Assembly (NCBI GenBank): GCA_016182185.1
Contig: JACOXU010000002.1
Span: 86,874 to 150,873 of the forward strand
Source: Candidatus Levyibacteriota bacterium
GTDB lineage: Bacteria > Patescibacteriota > Microgenomatia > Levybacterales > UBA12049
Length of the DNA stretch: 64,000 nucleotides
Reading direction: 5' to 3'
Below are positions 38,650 to 48,991 of this stretch, piece after piece. The notes below the pieces were generated by a model, which was given only the letters and a program-made list of their open reading frames with translations, searched no databases and was not told where the DNA came from. Within the stretch, counting starts at the first letter, position 1. Each line of letters starts with the position of its first letter. A program made the translations under genes and the position numbers.

Positions 38650-41238
38650 ATGGCTAAATCTAGCTCAAAAAAAGAAATTCCAAAGTATAATCCTACAGAA
38701 GTTGAGCCTAAATGGCAAAAATATTGGCTTGAAAATAAAATTTACCAGCCGGATATGGATAAGGCCAAAAAGCCCTTTTATAATCTCATGATGTTTCCAT
38801 ATCCATCAGCCGAAGGTATGCATGTGGGCAATATGTATGCTTTTACGGGCTCAGATGTTTATGGGCGATTTAAAAGGATGCAAGGACACGATGTTTTTGA
38901 ACCGATCGGACTTGATGGATTTGGAATTCACAGCGAAAATTATGCTTTAAAAGTTGGTAAACATCCTAAAGAACAGGCAAAGGTAAGCCAGGAAAATTTT
39001 TACAGACAGCTTCGAGTAACCGGAAATAGCTTTGCCTGGGATAATAAACTCGAAACCTATGACCCAGATTATTACAGATGGACACAATGGATATTTATCA
39101 AGCTTTTCAAAAAAGGATTAGCCTACCGCAAGAAAGCATCAGTTAATTTCTGCCCATCCTGCAAGACAGTTCTTGCAGATGAACAGGTGATTGCCGGAAA
39201 GTGTGAGCGCTGCGGTACCGAGGTTGTCAAAAAAGAGCTTGAGCAATGGTTTTTTAAGATCACCGACTATGCCGAAAGGCTCCTTAATAACATTGATGGG
39301 CTGGATTGGACAGAAAAAGTCAAAATCGCCCAAAGACAATGGATAGGGCGATCAGAGGGAGCGTTAATAAAATTCAAAATTCAAAATTCAAAATTCAAAA
39401 TGAAGACGATAGAAGTATTTACGACTCGGCCTGATACTCTTTATGGTGCAACCTTTATGGTTTTGGCTCCTGAGCATTCTCTTTCAAGAGAGATTGCAAG
39501 AGGCAATAACGAAATTGCGAAATATATCAAGGAATCTCAAAGCAAAACAGATCAGGATAGAATTGCAGAAGGCAGGGATAAGACAGGCATCGACTCAGGC
39601 TTGAGGGCCATAAATCCGGTAAGCAAAGAGGAAATTCCCGTATGGATTGCTGACTACGTGCTTATGGGCTATGGAACAGGTGCAATAATGGCAGTTCCTG
39701 CTCATGATGAGCGCGATTTTGAGTTCGCCCAAAAGTATAATCTTAGTATAAAATTTGTTATCAAGCCGATAGAAAATGATTTAGATACCAGAAAAGCTTA
39801 TTTGGGAGCAGGACAAGTAATCAATTCCGGGAAAGATTGGAATGATTATTTTGTGCCTGATGCAATCCCACGGATGATTGATGATCTTGAAAAGTGGGGA
39901 ATGGGAAAAAGACAAATCCAATATCACCTTCGGGATTGGCTTATCTCGAGGCAAAGATACTGGGGGCCGCCGATTCCCATGATTGATTGTCCAAAGTGTG
40001 GGTGGCAGGCAGTTGCTGAGAAAGATTTACCGGTACTTCTTCCCGATATTAAGGATTGGAAGCCTACAGGAGCTGGTAAATCACCGCTTGCTACGGTTGA
40101 GAGCTTTGTAAATACAAACTGTCCCGTATGCGGAGGACCTGCCAAACGAGAAACCGATGTATCTGACACATTTCTTGACAGCGCATGGTACTTCTTTCGT
40201 TACATAGCTACAGATTTTAAAGATGTTCCATTCCCTTCTAGTGCGTTTCATGATGATGCTGAGGTTGCTTCCAACAATTTTCGTCTTCACAAAGCGGGTA
40301 AATCTTCTGATTCATCCCGGAATGTCAGTGACGCAAATGTTCAGAGCGAAAATTTTAAAAGCTCCCCGCACCAAAGTCAAAACCGAACTGAAAAATGGCT
40401 TCCGGTGAACATGTATATAGGAGGAGCAGAACATTCGGTCTTACATCTGCTTTATTCAAGGTTTCTGACAATGGTTTTTAAGGATTTAGACTTGATATCT
40501 TTCGAAGAGCCATATTCTAAATTCAGAGCGCATGGGTTGCTCGTAAAGGAAGGGGCTAAAATGAGCAAGAGCAAGGGGAATGTAGTCATTCCGGATGAAT
40601 ACATTAAAAAATTTGGAGCAGATACCTTAAGGCTTTACTTAATGTTCCTCGGACCTTTTACTCAAGGAGGAGACTTTTACGATACGGGAATTGAAGGTAT
40701 GTATAGATTCGTCAGAAGAATCTGGACTCTAATTCATACAGTTAATTTCTCAACTCAATCCACAGGTGAAGGATTAAAAATAATGAACAAGACTATTAAA
40801 AAGGTAACAGAAGACTTGGAGGCTCTCAGGTACAACACAGCTATTGCAACGCTAATGGAATATTACAATTTTTTGTCAAAGGAACAAACTATATCAAAAG
40901 AGCAGATCGAAATATTAATTATTTTAACTTCACCCTTCGCTCCGCACATTTCTGAAGAAATTTGGGAGTTCTTAGGTCATAAAAATTCCATAAGCCAAAC
41001 AAATTGGCCCAGGTTTTCAGATAAATTTCTCGTCGAAAAAAATACGATAATCGTATTACAAGTGAATGGCAAAATTAGGGACACTTTCATGGTAGAAAAA
41101 TCTGAAATTGACAATAAGCAGACAATTGAAAAGATTGCTAGACAAAGTAAAAGAGCCAAAAAATACTTTGAAAACAAGCAAATCAGAAATGTCGTTTACG
41201 TAAAGGGAAAAATAATTAACTTTGTAATTGACAATTAG
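38650..41238 (+). CDS. leuS: leucine--tRNA ligase
   Basis: MFPYPS.EGMHVGN, FTTRPDT, GTGAIMAVPAHDERD, SRQRYWG, KMSKS. Confidence 0.98.
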   Translation: MAKSSSKKEIPKYNPTEVEPKWQKYWLENKIYQPDMDKAKKPFYNLMMFPYPSAEGMHVGNMYAFTGSDVYGRFKRMQGHDVFEPIGLDGFGIHSENYALKVGKHPKEQAKVSQENFYRQLRVTGNSFAWDNKLETYDPDYYRWTQWIFIKLFKKGLAYRKKASVNFCPSCKTVLADEQVIAGKCERCGTEVVKKELEQWFFKITDYAERLLNNIDGLDWTEKVKIAQRQWIGRSEGALIKFKIQNSKFKMKTIEVFTTRPDTLYGATFMVLAPEHSLSREIARGNNEIAKYIKESQSKTDQDRIAEGRDKTGIDSGLRAINPVSKEEIPVWIADYVLMGYGTGAIMAVPAHDERDFEFAQKYNLSIKFVIKPIENDLDTRKAYLGAGQVINSGKDWNDYFVPDAIPRMIDDLEKWGMGKRQIQYHLRDWLISRQRYWGPPIPMIDCPKCGWQAVAEKDLPVLLPDIKDWKPTGAGKSPLATVESFVNTNCPVCGGPAKRETDVSDTFLDSAWYFFRYIATDFKDVPFPSSAFHDDAEVASNNFRLHKAGKSSDSSRNVSDANVQSENFKSSPHQSQNRTEKWLPVNMYIGGAEHSVLHLLYSRFLTMVFKDLDLISFEEPYSKFRAHGLLVKEGAKMSKSKGNVVIPDEYIKKFGADTLRLYLMFLGPFTQGGDFYDTGIEGMYRFVRRIWTLIHTVNFSTQSTGEGLKIMNKTIKKVTEDLEALRYNTAIATLMEYYNFLSKEQTISKEQIEILIILTSPFAPHISEEIWEFLGHKNSISQTNWPRFSDKFLVEKNTIIVLQVNGKIRDTFMVEKSEIDNKQTIEKIARQSKRAKKYFENKQIRNVVYVKGKIINFVIDN
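40258..40369 (+). repeat. ~110 bp hairpin element, in-frame copy inside leuS
   Basis: Aligns with 57823-57928 (GCTGAGGT.GCT...AATTTT...GCGGG...TCAG.GACGCAAATG...AAAATTTT..AAGCTCCCCGC). Confidence 0.85.
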
Positions 41239-41253
41239 CTTCAATTTTTAGTC

Positions 41254-41880
41254 ATGGAGAGACAAGAAATTATCGACAAGTATTCGTCTTTTTTTAAAAA
41301 AAATTGGATTGCTGTTGTTCCGGGAATAATTGGGTTGATATTGTTAGGTTATGGTTTGATAGGGTTACTGACTTCGTCTAATGACCCAAATGATATCTCA
41401 TTTACAAAGAGAGGCGAAGCCGAAACTTCACAATTAGAAAATAATAATAAACGAGAAATAATGGTAGATGTAGAAGGAGCTGTTCTTTCTCCGGGTGTTT
41501 ATAACTTGTCCCAAAATGCAAGAATAAAAGATGCACTTATTGCCGCTGGCGGATTATCAGGTAGCGCAGACAGAGATTGGATTGCCAAAAATCTAAACCT
41601 AGCCGCAAAATTATCTGATGCGGCTAAGCTCTACATTCCATTCAAAGGAGAGGCGGGTATTCAAAGTTATAATTCGGGAGGAATTAATTTAATATCAAGC
41701 TCAATCAATATAAATTCAGCAAGCATGAAAGAATTAGACAGTCTTTCTGGAATAGGCCCAGTTACAGCCCAAAAAATTATCGACGGGAGACCTTATCAGG
41801 CAGTAGATGAATTAATTTCAAAGAAAATAATCGGGAATAGTGTTTTTGAGAAGATAAAGGATAGAATAACCGCTTATTAA
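41254..41880 (+). CDS. comEA: competence protein ComEA
   Basis: TM, SLBB (VDVEGAV..PGVY), HhH (ININSAS..ELD.L.GIGP..AQKII). Confidence 0.93.
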   Translation: MERQEIIDKYSSFFKKNWIAVVPGIIGLILLGYGLIGLLTSSNDPNDISFTKRGEAETSQLENNNKREIMVDVEGAVLSPGVYNLSQNARIKDALIAAGGLSGSADRDWIAKNLNLAAKLSDAAKLYIPFKGEAGIQSYNSGGINLISSSININSASMKELDSLSGIGPVTAQKIIDGRPYQAVDELISKKIIGNSVFEKIKDRITAY

Positions 41881-41883
41881 TCA

Positions 41884-43122
41884 ATGAGGCTTCTTATTAT
41901 CGGAGTAACACTTCTGGGTCTACTGTTCTTTCGCTTTTTTCTATTTTATGATAAATCAGATTTACCTCAGGATGGAGAGCAGATAAGTTTTCGTTCAACA
42001 CTATTCTCAGAGCCGAAGATTTACCAGAGCTATCAGCGAATAGAAGTAGATTATCAGGGTAAAGAAAAGATTTTTGTATTTGCAAATATTTATCCCGAAT
42101 ATCATTACGGCGATTCATTAAGTATATCTGGCAGAGTAAAATACAGATTGCTAAATAATGGCGATAACTTTATCTCCATGAGTTACCCCAAAATTGAAGC
42201 CGTGAAAACTAGTGAAAATTATTTTTTAGCATTTATATCATTGGTTCGCCAAAAAATAATCTCACTTTTTCAAAAATCAATGCCTGTAAAATCTGCCAGT
42301 CTTTTGCTTGGAATTGTCTTTGGAATAAAGGAAACGATGCCCAAAGATTTCTCAGATAATTTGAAAAATGCTGGCGTTATGCATGTAATTGCAGCATCAG
42401 GAATGAACGTTACGCTTGTCGGAGGCTTTATCAGCAGTATAATGGTTTTCTTTGTCAAGCGCAGGTTAGCACTTTTTATAAGCATTTTTGGTATCTTGTT
42501 TTATGCGATTTTGTCTGGACTTGAGTCATCGATTATCCGCGCTGCGATAATGGGAATATTAACCTTTTCAGCTCAAATTTTAGGAAGACAGAGACTTGCT
42601 GCTTTTGCATTATTGCTTACAGGTTACGGTATGCTTTTTTTCCGTCCTAATCTTTTGTTTGATATAGGTTTTCAATTATCTTTTGTCTCAACAGCAGGAA
42701 TTTTATACATAAAACCCATAATTGAAATTAATAAAGGAATTAAAATGATTTTGAATAAATCGATAATAGGCGAGGAAGCAGTTACTACAATATCAGCTCA
42801 AGCGGCAGCCTTGCCAATTCTTATTGCTAATTTTGGTACATATTCCCTTTGGTCAGTCTTAGTAAACATTTTGGTGATTTGGACAATTCCTATTCTTATG
42901 ATTTTAGGAGGAGTAGGGGCAATCTTGGGAATATTAATAATTCCCATAGGAAAGATATTTTTATTCTTCAGTGTACCACTTTTGATATATTTTGAGATGG
43001 TAGTTAATTTCTTTGCAGAGCAGGGAGTAGTAAAAATCGAGAGTATTTCGTGGCCATTTATTCTTGGTTATTACTGTATTTTGTTTTCATTAATTTATAT
43101 GATTAAAAGAAATAGCGAATGA
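41884..43122 (+). CDS. comEC: ComEC/Rec2 competence membrane domain
   Basis: HVIAASGMNV, SIIRAAIMG, DIGFQLSF. Confidence 0.92.
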   Translation: MRLLIIGVTLLGLLFFRFFLFYDKSDLPQDGEQISFRSTLFSEPKIYQSYQRIEVDYQGKEKIFVFANIYPEYHYGDSLSISGRVKYRLLNNGDNFISMSYPKIEAVKTSENYFLAFISLVRQKIISLFQKSMPVKSASLLLGIVFGIKETMPKDFSDNLKNAGVMHVIAASGMNVTLVGGFISSIMVFFVKRRLALFISIFGILFYAILSGLESSIIRAAIMGILTFSAQILGRQRLAAFALLLTGYGMLFFRPNLLFDIGFQLSFVSTAGILYIKPIIEINKGIKMILNKSIIGEEAVTTISAQAAALPILIANFGTYSLWSVLVNILVIWTIPILMILGGVGAILGILIIPIGKIFLFFSVPLLIYFEMVVNFFAEQGVVKIESISWPFILGYYCILFSLIYMIKRNSE

Positions 43123-43982
43123 AAAAATCTATCAGTATGTCCATACTAATCATATTGCTGACTGCTGGAACGGTTCTTTTCCAATATTTCAGGTACAATG
43201 ATGGGCGTTTGCATCTAATTTTTTGCGATGTTGGGCAGGGAGACGCAATACTTATCAGAACCCCGAAGAATAAGAATATTTTGATCGATGCAGGGCCGGG
43301 AGATAAAGTTTTATCATGCCTGTCTAATCATATTCCATTTTGGGAACGGAAAATCTCTCTTGCAATATTAACACATCCTCACAATGATCATTTTGCCGGC
43401 TTTAGCGAGGTTTTAAAAAGATATGAAGTTCGGGCTTTCGGAATGGAAGAGCTTGAAAATAAAACATTAGGATATAAAAAACTAACTCAAGATATAAATA
43501 AAAATAAGATAAATGTTAATTATCTGGTTGAAGGCGACTCATTTAATACTCAGGATGGTGTAAAACTTTATGTGCTTGCGCCATCTGACGAGTTTCTCCA
43601 AAGAACAAGTCCGAATAAAATGATCGGCGAGACAAATGAATTCAGCTCTCTAATTATTCACGTATCTTACGGAGCCTTTGATGCTATATTAACTGGAGAC
43701 AGTCAGGTAGATCAACTTAAAGAAGCTCTAAGCATTTATGGTGGAACATCAGTCGATATATTCCAAATTCCACACCATGGTTCAAAAACCGGAATAGATA
43801 GAGAAATTTTGGAAGATTTGAAACCTGGGGCAGCTATTATATCAGTAGGAAAGAATCGGTATGGTCATCCCACTTCATATGTTTTGGATCTATTAAAATC
43901 AATGGAAATTTCGGTTTTTCGAACTGACTTAATGGAAGATGTCGAAATAGCGGCAGATAAAAACAGTTGGGCTATAAAATAA
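43119..43982 (+). CDS. ComEC-associated MBL-fold hydrolase (split C-terminal domain)
   Basis: DVGQGD, THPHNDH, LTGD, PHHGS, YGHP. Confidence 0.92.
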   Translation: MKKSISMSILIILLTAGTVLFQYFRYNDGRLHLIFCDVGQGDAILIRTPKNKNILIDAGPGDKVLSCLSNHIPFWERKISLAILTHPHNDHFAGFSEVLKRYEVRAFGMEELENKTLGYKKLTQDINKNKINVNYLVEGDSFNTQDGVKLYVLAPSDEFLQRTSPNKMIGETNEFSSLIIHVSYGAFDAILTGDSQVDQLKEALSIYGGTSVDIFQIPHHGSKTGIDREILEDLKPGAAIISVGKNRYGHPTSYVLDLLKSMEISVFRTDLMEDVEIAADKNSWAIK

Positions 43983-45722
43983 TTAAACTTGAATTGGCTG
44001 TGGTTGGATTGGAGGTTGGGACTCATGAATTTGCGAGCCCTGGTGATTAACAGTATTTTCTTGAGTAGGTAGAACGAAAGAAATTGTCGTTCCATGTCCT
44101 TCCTCAGATTCGACTTCGATAGTTCCTCCATGCGCCTCAACTATTCGTTTTACGATGTAGAGTCCCAGACCAGTGCTATCTGGTGAATTTTTAGTCTGGT
44201 TTTTTTCAACTTGATGAAATTTTACAAAGATATCCTTTTGTTTCTCTTTCGGTATTCCAATTCCGGTATCTGAAACAGATATTTTAACCCCTTGGGACCC
44301 ATTTATCATTCTAGTTAAGATAGTAATCTTTCCGTTTTCAGGTGTAAATTTAAGACTATTTGAAAGAAGATTGTTGATCACCTGAGCAACTCTAATCTTG
44401 TCGGCCGTTACCAGAGGAAGTTCATGTTCAAGATCTGAGGAAAGTGCAATATGCTTTTTTTCAGCTTGAGGCTGAAAGATCTTAACCCGCTCGTTTATAA
44501 TTTCTTCAAGGTTTATCGGTTTTTTATTAAGCACCAAGCTTCCTGAATCAAGTTTCGCCGCATCAAGAATAGATCCAACCTGATCCAAAAGCACTCTTGA
44601 CTGCTTGTTGATTATTTCTAAAAATTGATGTCTTTCCTGTTCTCCAAGGTTAATTTTCTCAGAGAGCAAAAGCTCTGTTGAGTCTTTTATGGCAGTAAGA
44701 GGGGAGCGTAATTCATGGACCATCATATTTGTAAAGTTCTCTTTTATTTGTTCCAGATTTTTTTCTATAGTAATATCATGGAGCATTACAGAGACTCCTA
44801 GTGGTTGATCATGTTGATTTGTTCGGTTTCCTGAACTTATAGAAACAGGAGTGATAAACAATTCAAATGATTGACCCTCTATAACCAAGTCTTTTTCCTC
44901 AACAACTTTATTTTGTTTGATTGATTCATTTATTTTTGCCATTAAATCATAGGTTTTAGGAAAAGAGGCAAGAATATCTTGAAATATTGGGTCCTCGGCG
45001 CCGACTTTAAGAAAATGTTTTGCAGCATCATTTATGATTAGCAGCTGATTTTTAGAATCGATCATAAATACTCCGTCTGCCAAGCTCGAAATAGTTGCCA
45101 TAAGCTTCTCTTTTTCTGTTTTAAGTACTTTCTCGAAATTCGAAAGGGCATTGGATACTTGTTCAACAATTTGGTAGAGAAGTATCATCTCCTTTTCTTT
45201 ATAAAGATTTGGCTTTGTAGAGGAAACATTAATTACGCCCTGCGCCTTGCCATTTATAAAAAGAGGAATATGAAAAAAAGAAGCCAGATTCTGTTCATGT
45301 GAGTCATCAAGAGGCAGTCCATAAAAGCTTTCTTCAACCTTGGTTGGAATGCTTCCTAGGATGGCTGCAAGAGAGGCGAGCATACTCTCTTTGACCTCAC
45401 CTAAGAACTTGCGGCTTACGGGTTCATTGATGCTACTTTTAAAAATTAAATGGTTGTCTTTAAGAACGAGGGAGGAAACACTGGAGTAGGGGAAAAGATT
45501 TTTAAGACTGCCGTTTATCACATCAATAACTTTTTCAATATCCAAAGAATATCCAATTCTGTCCTGTATCTCTTTAAGAATTGATATTTCATACAATCTA
45601 TGTTTTTCCAAATTTTCCCTATCAAGAATTGATTTTTTAGCCCTCTCCTCACGGATAGAAAATATTATAGTCATGATTCCAAAAATGACTGCTGTAGCAA
45701 TTGAAGCAATTAAAGAGAGCAT
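43983..45722 (-). CDS. sensor histidine kinase (TM-GAF-PAS-HisKA-HATPase)
   Basis: HELRSPL, NLLSNSLKFT, DTGIGI, GLGL. Confidence 0.95.
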   Translation of the reverse strand: MLSLIASIATAVIFGIMTIIFSIREERAKKSILDRENLEKHRLYEISILKEIQDRIGYSLDIEKVIDVINGSLKNLFPYSSVSSLVLKDNHLIFKSSINEPVSRKFLGEVKESMLASLAAILGSIPTKVEESFYGLPLDDSHEQNLASFFHIPLFINGKAQGVINVSSTKPNLYKEKEMILLYQIVEQVSNALSNFEKVLKTEKEKLMATISSLADGVFMIDSKNQLLIINDAAKHFLKVGAEDPIFQDILASFPKTYDLMAKINESIKQNKVVEEKDLVIEGQSFELFITPVSISSGNRTNQHDQPLGVSVMLHDITIEKNLEQIKENFTNMMVHELRSPLTAIKDSTELLLSEKINLGEQERHQFLEIINKQSRVLLDQVGSILDAAKLDSGSLVLNKKPINLEEIINERVKIFQPQAEKKHIALSSDLEHELPLVTADKIRVAQVINNLLSNSLKFTPENGKITILTRMINGSQGVKISVSDTGIGIPKEKQKDIFVKFHQVEKNQTKNSPDSTGLGLYIVKRIVEAHGGTIEVESEEGHGTTISFVLPTQENTVNHQGSQIHESQPPIQPQPIQV

Positions 45723-45724
45723 GG

Positions 45725-46057
45725 TTAATTAACTAAAGATTCAAGATTATCCCCTGTTTTTTTACTGCCGATTACGATCGTATAAGTGCCAAGTAAAAAT
45801 AATATTTCCTTTACAGCAATGAAGAACGGGCTATAGCTTAGATTAAATATTGTTTGGAAGTATACCTGAAATGCATCAAATATTATCCCAATTGCGATTA
45901 ATCCAATTCCTAGGGCAACTGTCTTAAATCCTGAAGCAAGTATGCCCGTTCCGAATCTCTTATTAATCCTAAGCATAATTATGGCTGCGGCTATTCCAGC
46001 AAACACTGAAATGAAAGAAACTGCCTCTATCAATATGAATAAATAATTATTAACCAT
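45725..46057 (-). CDS. small 3-TM membrane protein
   Basis: 110 aa hydrophobic ORF in an operon with the kinase. Confidence 0.75.
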   Translation of the reverse strand: MVNNYLFILIEAVSFISVFAGIAAAIIMLRINKRFGTGILASGFKTVALGIGLIAIGIIFDAFQVYFQTIFNLSYSPFFIAVKEILFLLGTYTIVIGSKKTGDNLESLVN

Positions 46058-46067
46058 TTTACTATTT

Positions 46068-46388
46068 CTAAGAGCCCGCTCCGGGATTGGAAGGACCGGT
46101 TTCTATAGAGTTTGATATTTTTCGATTCTCCTTTAGATGATAATTTGCTAAGAGAGGCTCCATAGTTTTTTCAACAATTTGACCGGAGAGTTGAACAAAC
46201 TGATTAATAAGCTCTTGAATTAATTCTTGAGGATTGCCTGACATCTGAGAAACTGTGCCGTCATTTTCGATCGTAAGCCCCTTTACATTCCTTGCTTTGG
46301 TAAGAGTAATATCCGGGCCTAAAACAACAATCTGTTTTTTTATTACCTCTGTGAGAAGTTTTTTATAATCTGTGTTTTCCTCTTGCAT
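46068..46388 (-). CDS. hypothetical protein of the two-component cluster
   Basis: 106 aa ORF with operon spacing. Confidence 0.75.
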   Translation of the reverse strand: MQEENTDYKKLLTEVIKKQIVVLGPDITLTKARNVKGLTIENDGTVSQMSGNPQELIQELINQFVQLSGQIVEKTMEPLLANYHLKENRKISNSIETGPSNPGAGS

Positions 46389-46395
46389 AATTTAG

Positions 46396-46779
46396 CTACG
46401 TCTGCGGCGGACTTGCCGCTTTTAATACATCTTTTACCTTATTTACAATATCCTGCGTTTCTACGCTGTATTTATAAATGTAATCGACTGCACCTTTTTC
46501 CATAGCCTGTTTGACAAGCGCTTCGTGGCCGAAGTTTGAGATCATAAGAACCGGGATATCATGAGTCAAATAATCAGCCTTGAGTTGCGCCAACACATCA
46601 TTACCGGTTATGTCAGTAAGCATTTGGTCAAGAAGAACAAGATCCGGTTTTTCACCTTTGGCCTTATCGATTCCTTCCCGCCCATTTTTTGCCACAATCA
46701 CATTTATCCCCTCTTTTTCAAAGGCAGCGGTAATAATCTGTCTAAAATTCTCCTCATCGTCCACAAGAAGAACTTTCAT
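46396..46779 (-). CDS. stand-alone response regulator receiver (copy 3)
   Basis: LLVDDE...PDLVLLD...IPVLMISN...DYIYK. Confidence 0.93.
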   Translation of the reverse strand: MKVLLVDDEENFRQIITAAFEKEGINVIVAKNGREGIDKAKGEKPDLVLLDQMLTDITGNDVLAQLKADYLTHDIPVLMISNFGHEALVKQAMEKGAVDYIYKYSVETQDIVNKVKDVLKAASPPQT

Positions 46780-46822
46780 TCTAATTTAAAGCTATCAGGA
46801 ATAAAATTTATTGTCAAGATAA

Positions 46823-47212
46823 TCACTGATCAAGCGGAGGAAGACTTGTGGGACTTAGAATTTTTTTTACCTTGTCTACGATATCTTGCATTTGTACTTG
46901 ATACTTAAAGACATAATCGACTGCACCTTTTTCTATAGCCTGCTTGACAAGCATCTCGTGGCCGAAGTTTGAGATCATAAGTATTGGTATGTTTTTAATT
47001 TCAAAGTCCGCTTTTATTTGGCCAAGAACATCATTGCCTGTTATGTCAGTTAGTACTTGGTCAAGAAGAATAAGATCCGGTTTTTCCTGCTTGGCCTTAT
47101 TGATTCCCTCACTTCCGCTTTTGGCGATACTTATATTGACTCCTTCTTTTTCAAAAGCGGCTGTTGCGACCTGAATAAAATTGTCGTCATCATCAACCAA
47201 AAGGATCTTCAT
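46823..47212 (-). CDS. stand-alone response regulator receiver (copy 2)
   Basis: LLVDDD...PDLILLD...ISN...DYVFK. Confidence 0.93.
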   Translation of the reverse strand: MKILLVDDDDNFIQVATAAFEKEGVNISIAKSGSEGINKAKQEKPDLILLDQVLTDITGNDVLGQIKADFEIKNIPILMISNFGHEMLVKQAIEKGAVDYVFKYQVQMQDIVDKVKKILSPTSLPPLDQ

Positions 47213-47254
47213 GTTAATTAGACAGTATCAGGAAGAGAAAAAGTTGTCAAGAAA

Positions 47255-47647
47255 TCAGACTTGGGGAGGCGCTTGCTGTGCCGGGGTTTTCAAAACGTTT
47301 TTTACTTTGTCGACAATATCCTGCATTTCTACCTGATATTTGAAGACATAGTCAATTGCGCCCCGATCAATTGCCTGCTTTACAAGTTCTTCCTGGCCAA
47401 AATTTGAGAGCATCATAACCGGTATACTTTTGGTATTAAGATCTGCCTTGAGCTGCTGGAGAACATCATTTCCTGATATGTCCGGAAGTACCTGGTCAAG
47501 AAGAATAAGGTCGGGTTTTTGTTCCTTGGCAGTATTCAGGCCGCTTCTGCCGTCTTTTGAAACTATCACGTCAAAACCTTCTTTTTGAATAGCGGTTGAA
47601 AAAACCAAACCTAGTGCCTCATCATCGTCCACAAGAAGAACTTTCAT
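47255..47647 (-). CDS. stand-alone response regulator receiver (copy 1)
   Basis: LLVDDD...PDLILLDQVLPD...LSN...DYVFK. Confidence 0.93.
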   Translation of the reverse strand: MKVLLVDDDEALGLVFSTAIQKEGFDVIVSKDGRSGLNTAKEQKPDLILLDQVLPDISGNDVLQQLKADLNTKSIPVMMLSNFGQEELVKQAIDRGAIDYVFKYQVEMQDIVDKVKNVLKTPAQQAPPQV

Positions 47648-47702
47648 TCTATCTTAAACGTTATCAGGAATAAAATTTATTGTCAAGACTTCAGATTTTA
47701 AT

Positions 47703-48617
47703 TTATTTACCTTTCTTCCAAATAAGAGCTGAAACTGGAAAAGGTTGGTGACGTCTTTTAATGGTAACTTTTCCAGGCTTAACCTGTTTTTCATCTCCAT
47801 CAAGATTTATCCCTGCTGTTTCCTCTAAGCTTTCTATTTCCCCAGAAAAAGATGTACTCACCTCTGTTTTTACCAATTGTTTTGGTGCTTTTACTTTCAT
47901 CTGCCAAAAACAGGAAGCCACAGCACCTCTTAAAAAAGGCCAGTAATAGCTTTTTTTATCGACTTCAACAAGACCTAATTTATCGCCAGAAAGACTTAGC
48001 TCATTTTCTCCAAAAACCCTGAATGGTCCAAGATACTGGCTTGTTACATATGCACGAAGCAACGGTTCGTGAGAAGACATTGCGGACAAGAAATTTTGCG
48101 CAAAAGCTACAAGTCCGGCAGCATATGCTCTTGTCCTATGAGGAATCCTTGAATTTCTTACCTCTTCAAAGGCACGAGTAAAATCTTTTTCAAAGTCTCC
48201 CAATCCGGCCGAAATTACCCAAAAATCTTTTTCTCCGTCTTCATGCTCAATAACCGCAGGTTTGTAATCAATCGCTACGTGATTGTCTCTTTTTACAGCT
48301 TGAACTGGAGTTTTTGCTCCTTCTTGGATTAACGCAGTCTTGAAAGTATTGGTGCTTCCGCCGCCTGCGATAAGAAGCTGTGGATACTCATCGTGAGTTG
48401 CCAGCCAGGAAACCGCGGTTCGAATAGTCCCATCTCCTCCGATAATCACAACCGTAGGCGGAATATTTTTAATATTTCCATTCTCAAGATCTACAAGATT
48501 GAAACTTTGGGTTTCCTGGAATGTTTCAGAGACGACTCTCAACACACGATTTCTCTCCTGTTTATCACCGGCTTTTGAATTGATAATAACGCCTGTTTCT
48601 CTTTCTTTTCTTCCCAT
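47703..48617 (-). CDS. diacylglycerol-kinase catalytic-domain family protein
   Basis: IINSKAG, GGDGT, GGSTN, NLDGD. Confidence 0.8.
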   Translation of the reverse strand: MGRKERETGVIINSKAGDKQERNRVLRVVSETFQETQSFNLVDLENGNIKNIPPTVVIIGGDGTIRTAVSWLATHDEYPQLLIAGGGSTNTFKTALIQEGAKTPVQAVKRDNHVAIDYKPAVIEHEDGEKDFWVISAGLGDFEKDFTRAFEEVRNSRIPHRTRAYAAGLVAFAQNFLSAMSSHEPLLRAYVTSQYLGPFRVFGENELSLSGDKLGLVEVDKKSYYWPFLRGAVASCFWQMKVKAPKQLVKTEVSTSFSGEIESLEETAGINLDGDEKQVKPGKVTIKRRHQPFPVSALIWKKGK

Positions 48618-48652
48618 GCTTTTCTTAAAAATGAAGTATCTGAGGCAGTGGA

Positions 48653-48991
48653 TCAGCTTCTTTTTAGGATCGGTTCTTTATGATCCTGTTTTTTAATCAT
48701 GACTATGGCGCAAGATATTATAAGGGTCAAGATCAAAGCCCACCAGATTGTGTCTTCAATAGCCACACCCAGAAGTCGTATTTCCAAGATTTTGTCTGTT
48801 GAATAGGACCACGCCTTAACTCGCAAGGCAACGGTCATCATTATCGAACCATAAATAGTCAGTAGTATGACCAATAGAGATATGAGTTTTATCGCCTTTT
48901 TAAGAATTGGCCAATAATAAAACCATGTGATGATGATCAAGGGGAGAGTAATGGACAACGTATAAAATAAATAAGTAAATTTACCAAACAT
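48653..48991 (-). CDS. lycopene cyclase domain membrane protein (second subunit)
   Basis: 3 TMs, WSY...LLGVAIED; start at 48991 overlaps the upstream stop. Confidence 0.65.
   Translation of the reverse strand: MFGKFTYLFYTLSITLPLIIITWFYYWPILKKAIKLISLLVILLTIYGSIMMTVALRVKAWSYSTDKILEIRLLGVAIEDTIWWALILTLIISCAIVMIKKQDHKEPILKRS

Noticed and set aside
41884-43982. Split comEC as a pseudogene
   Set aside because: Both ORFs are intact with ATGA coupling; separate membrane and MBL genes are a common arrangement.
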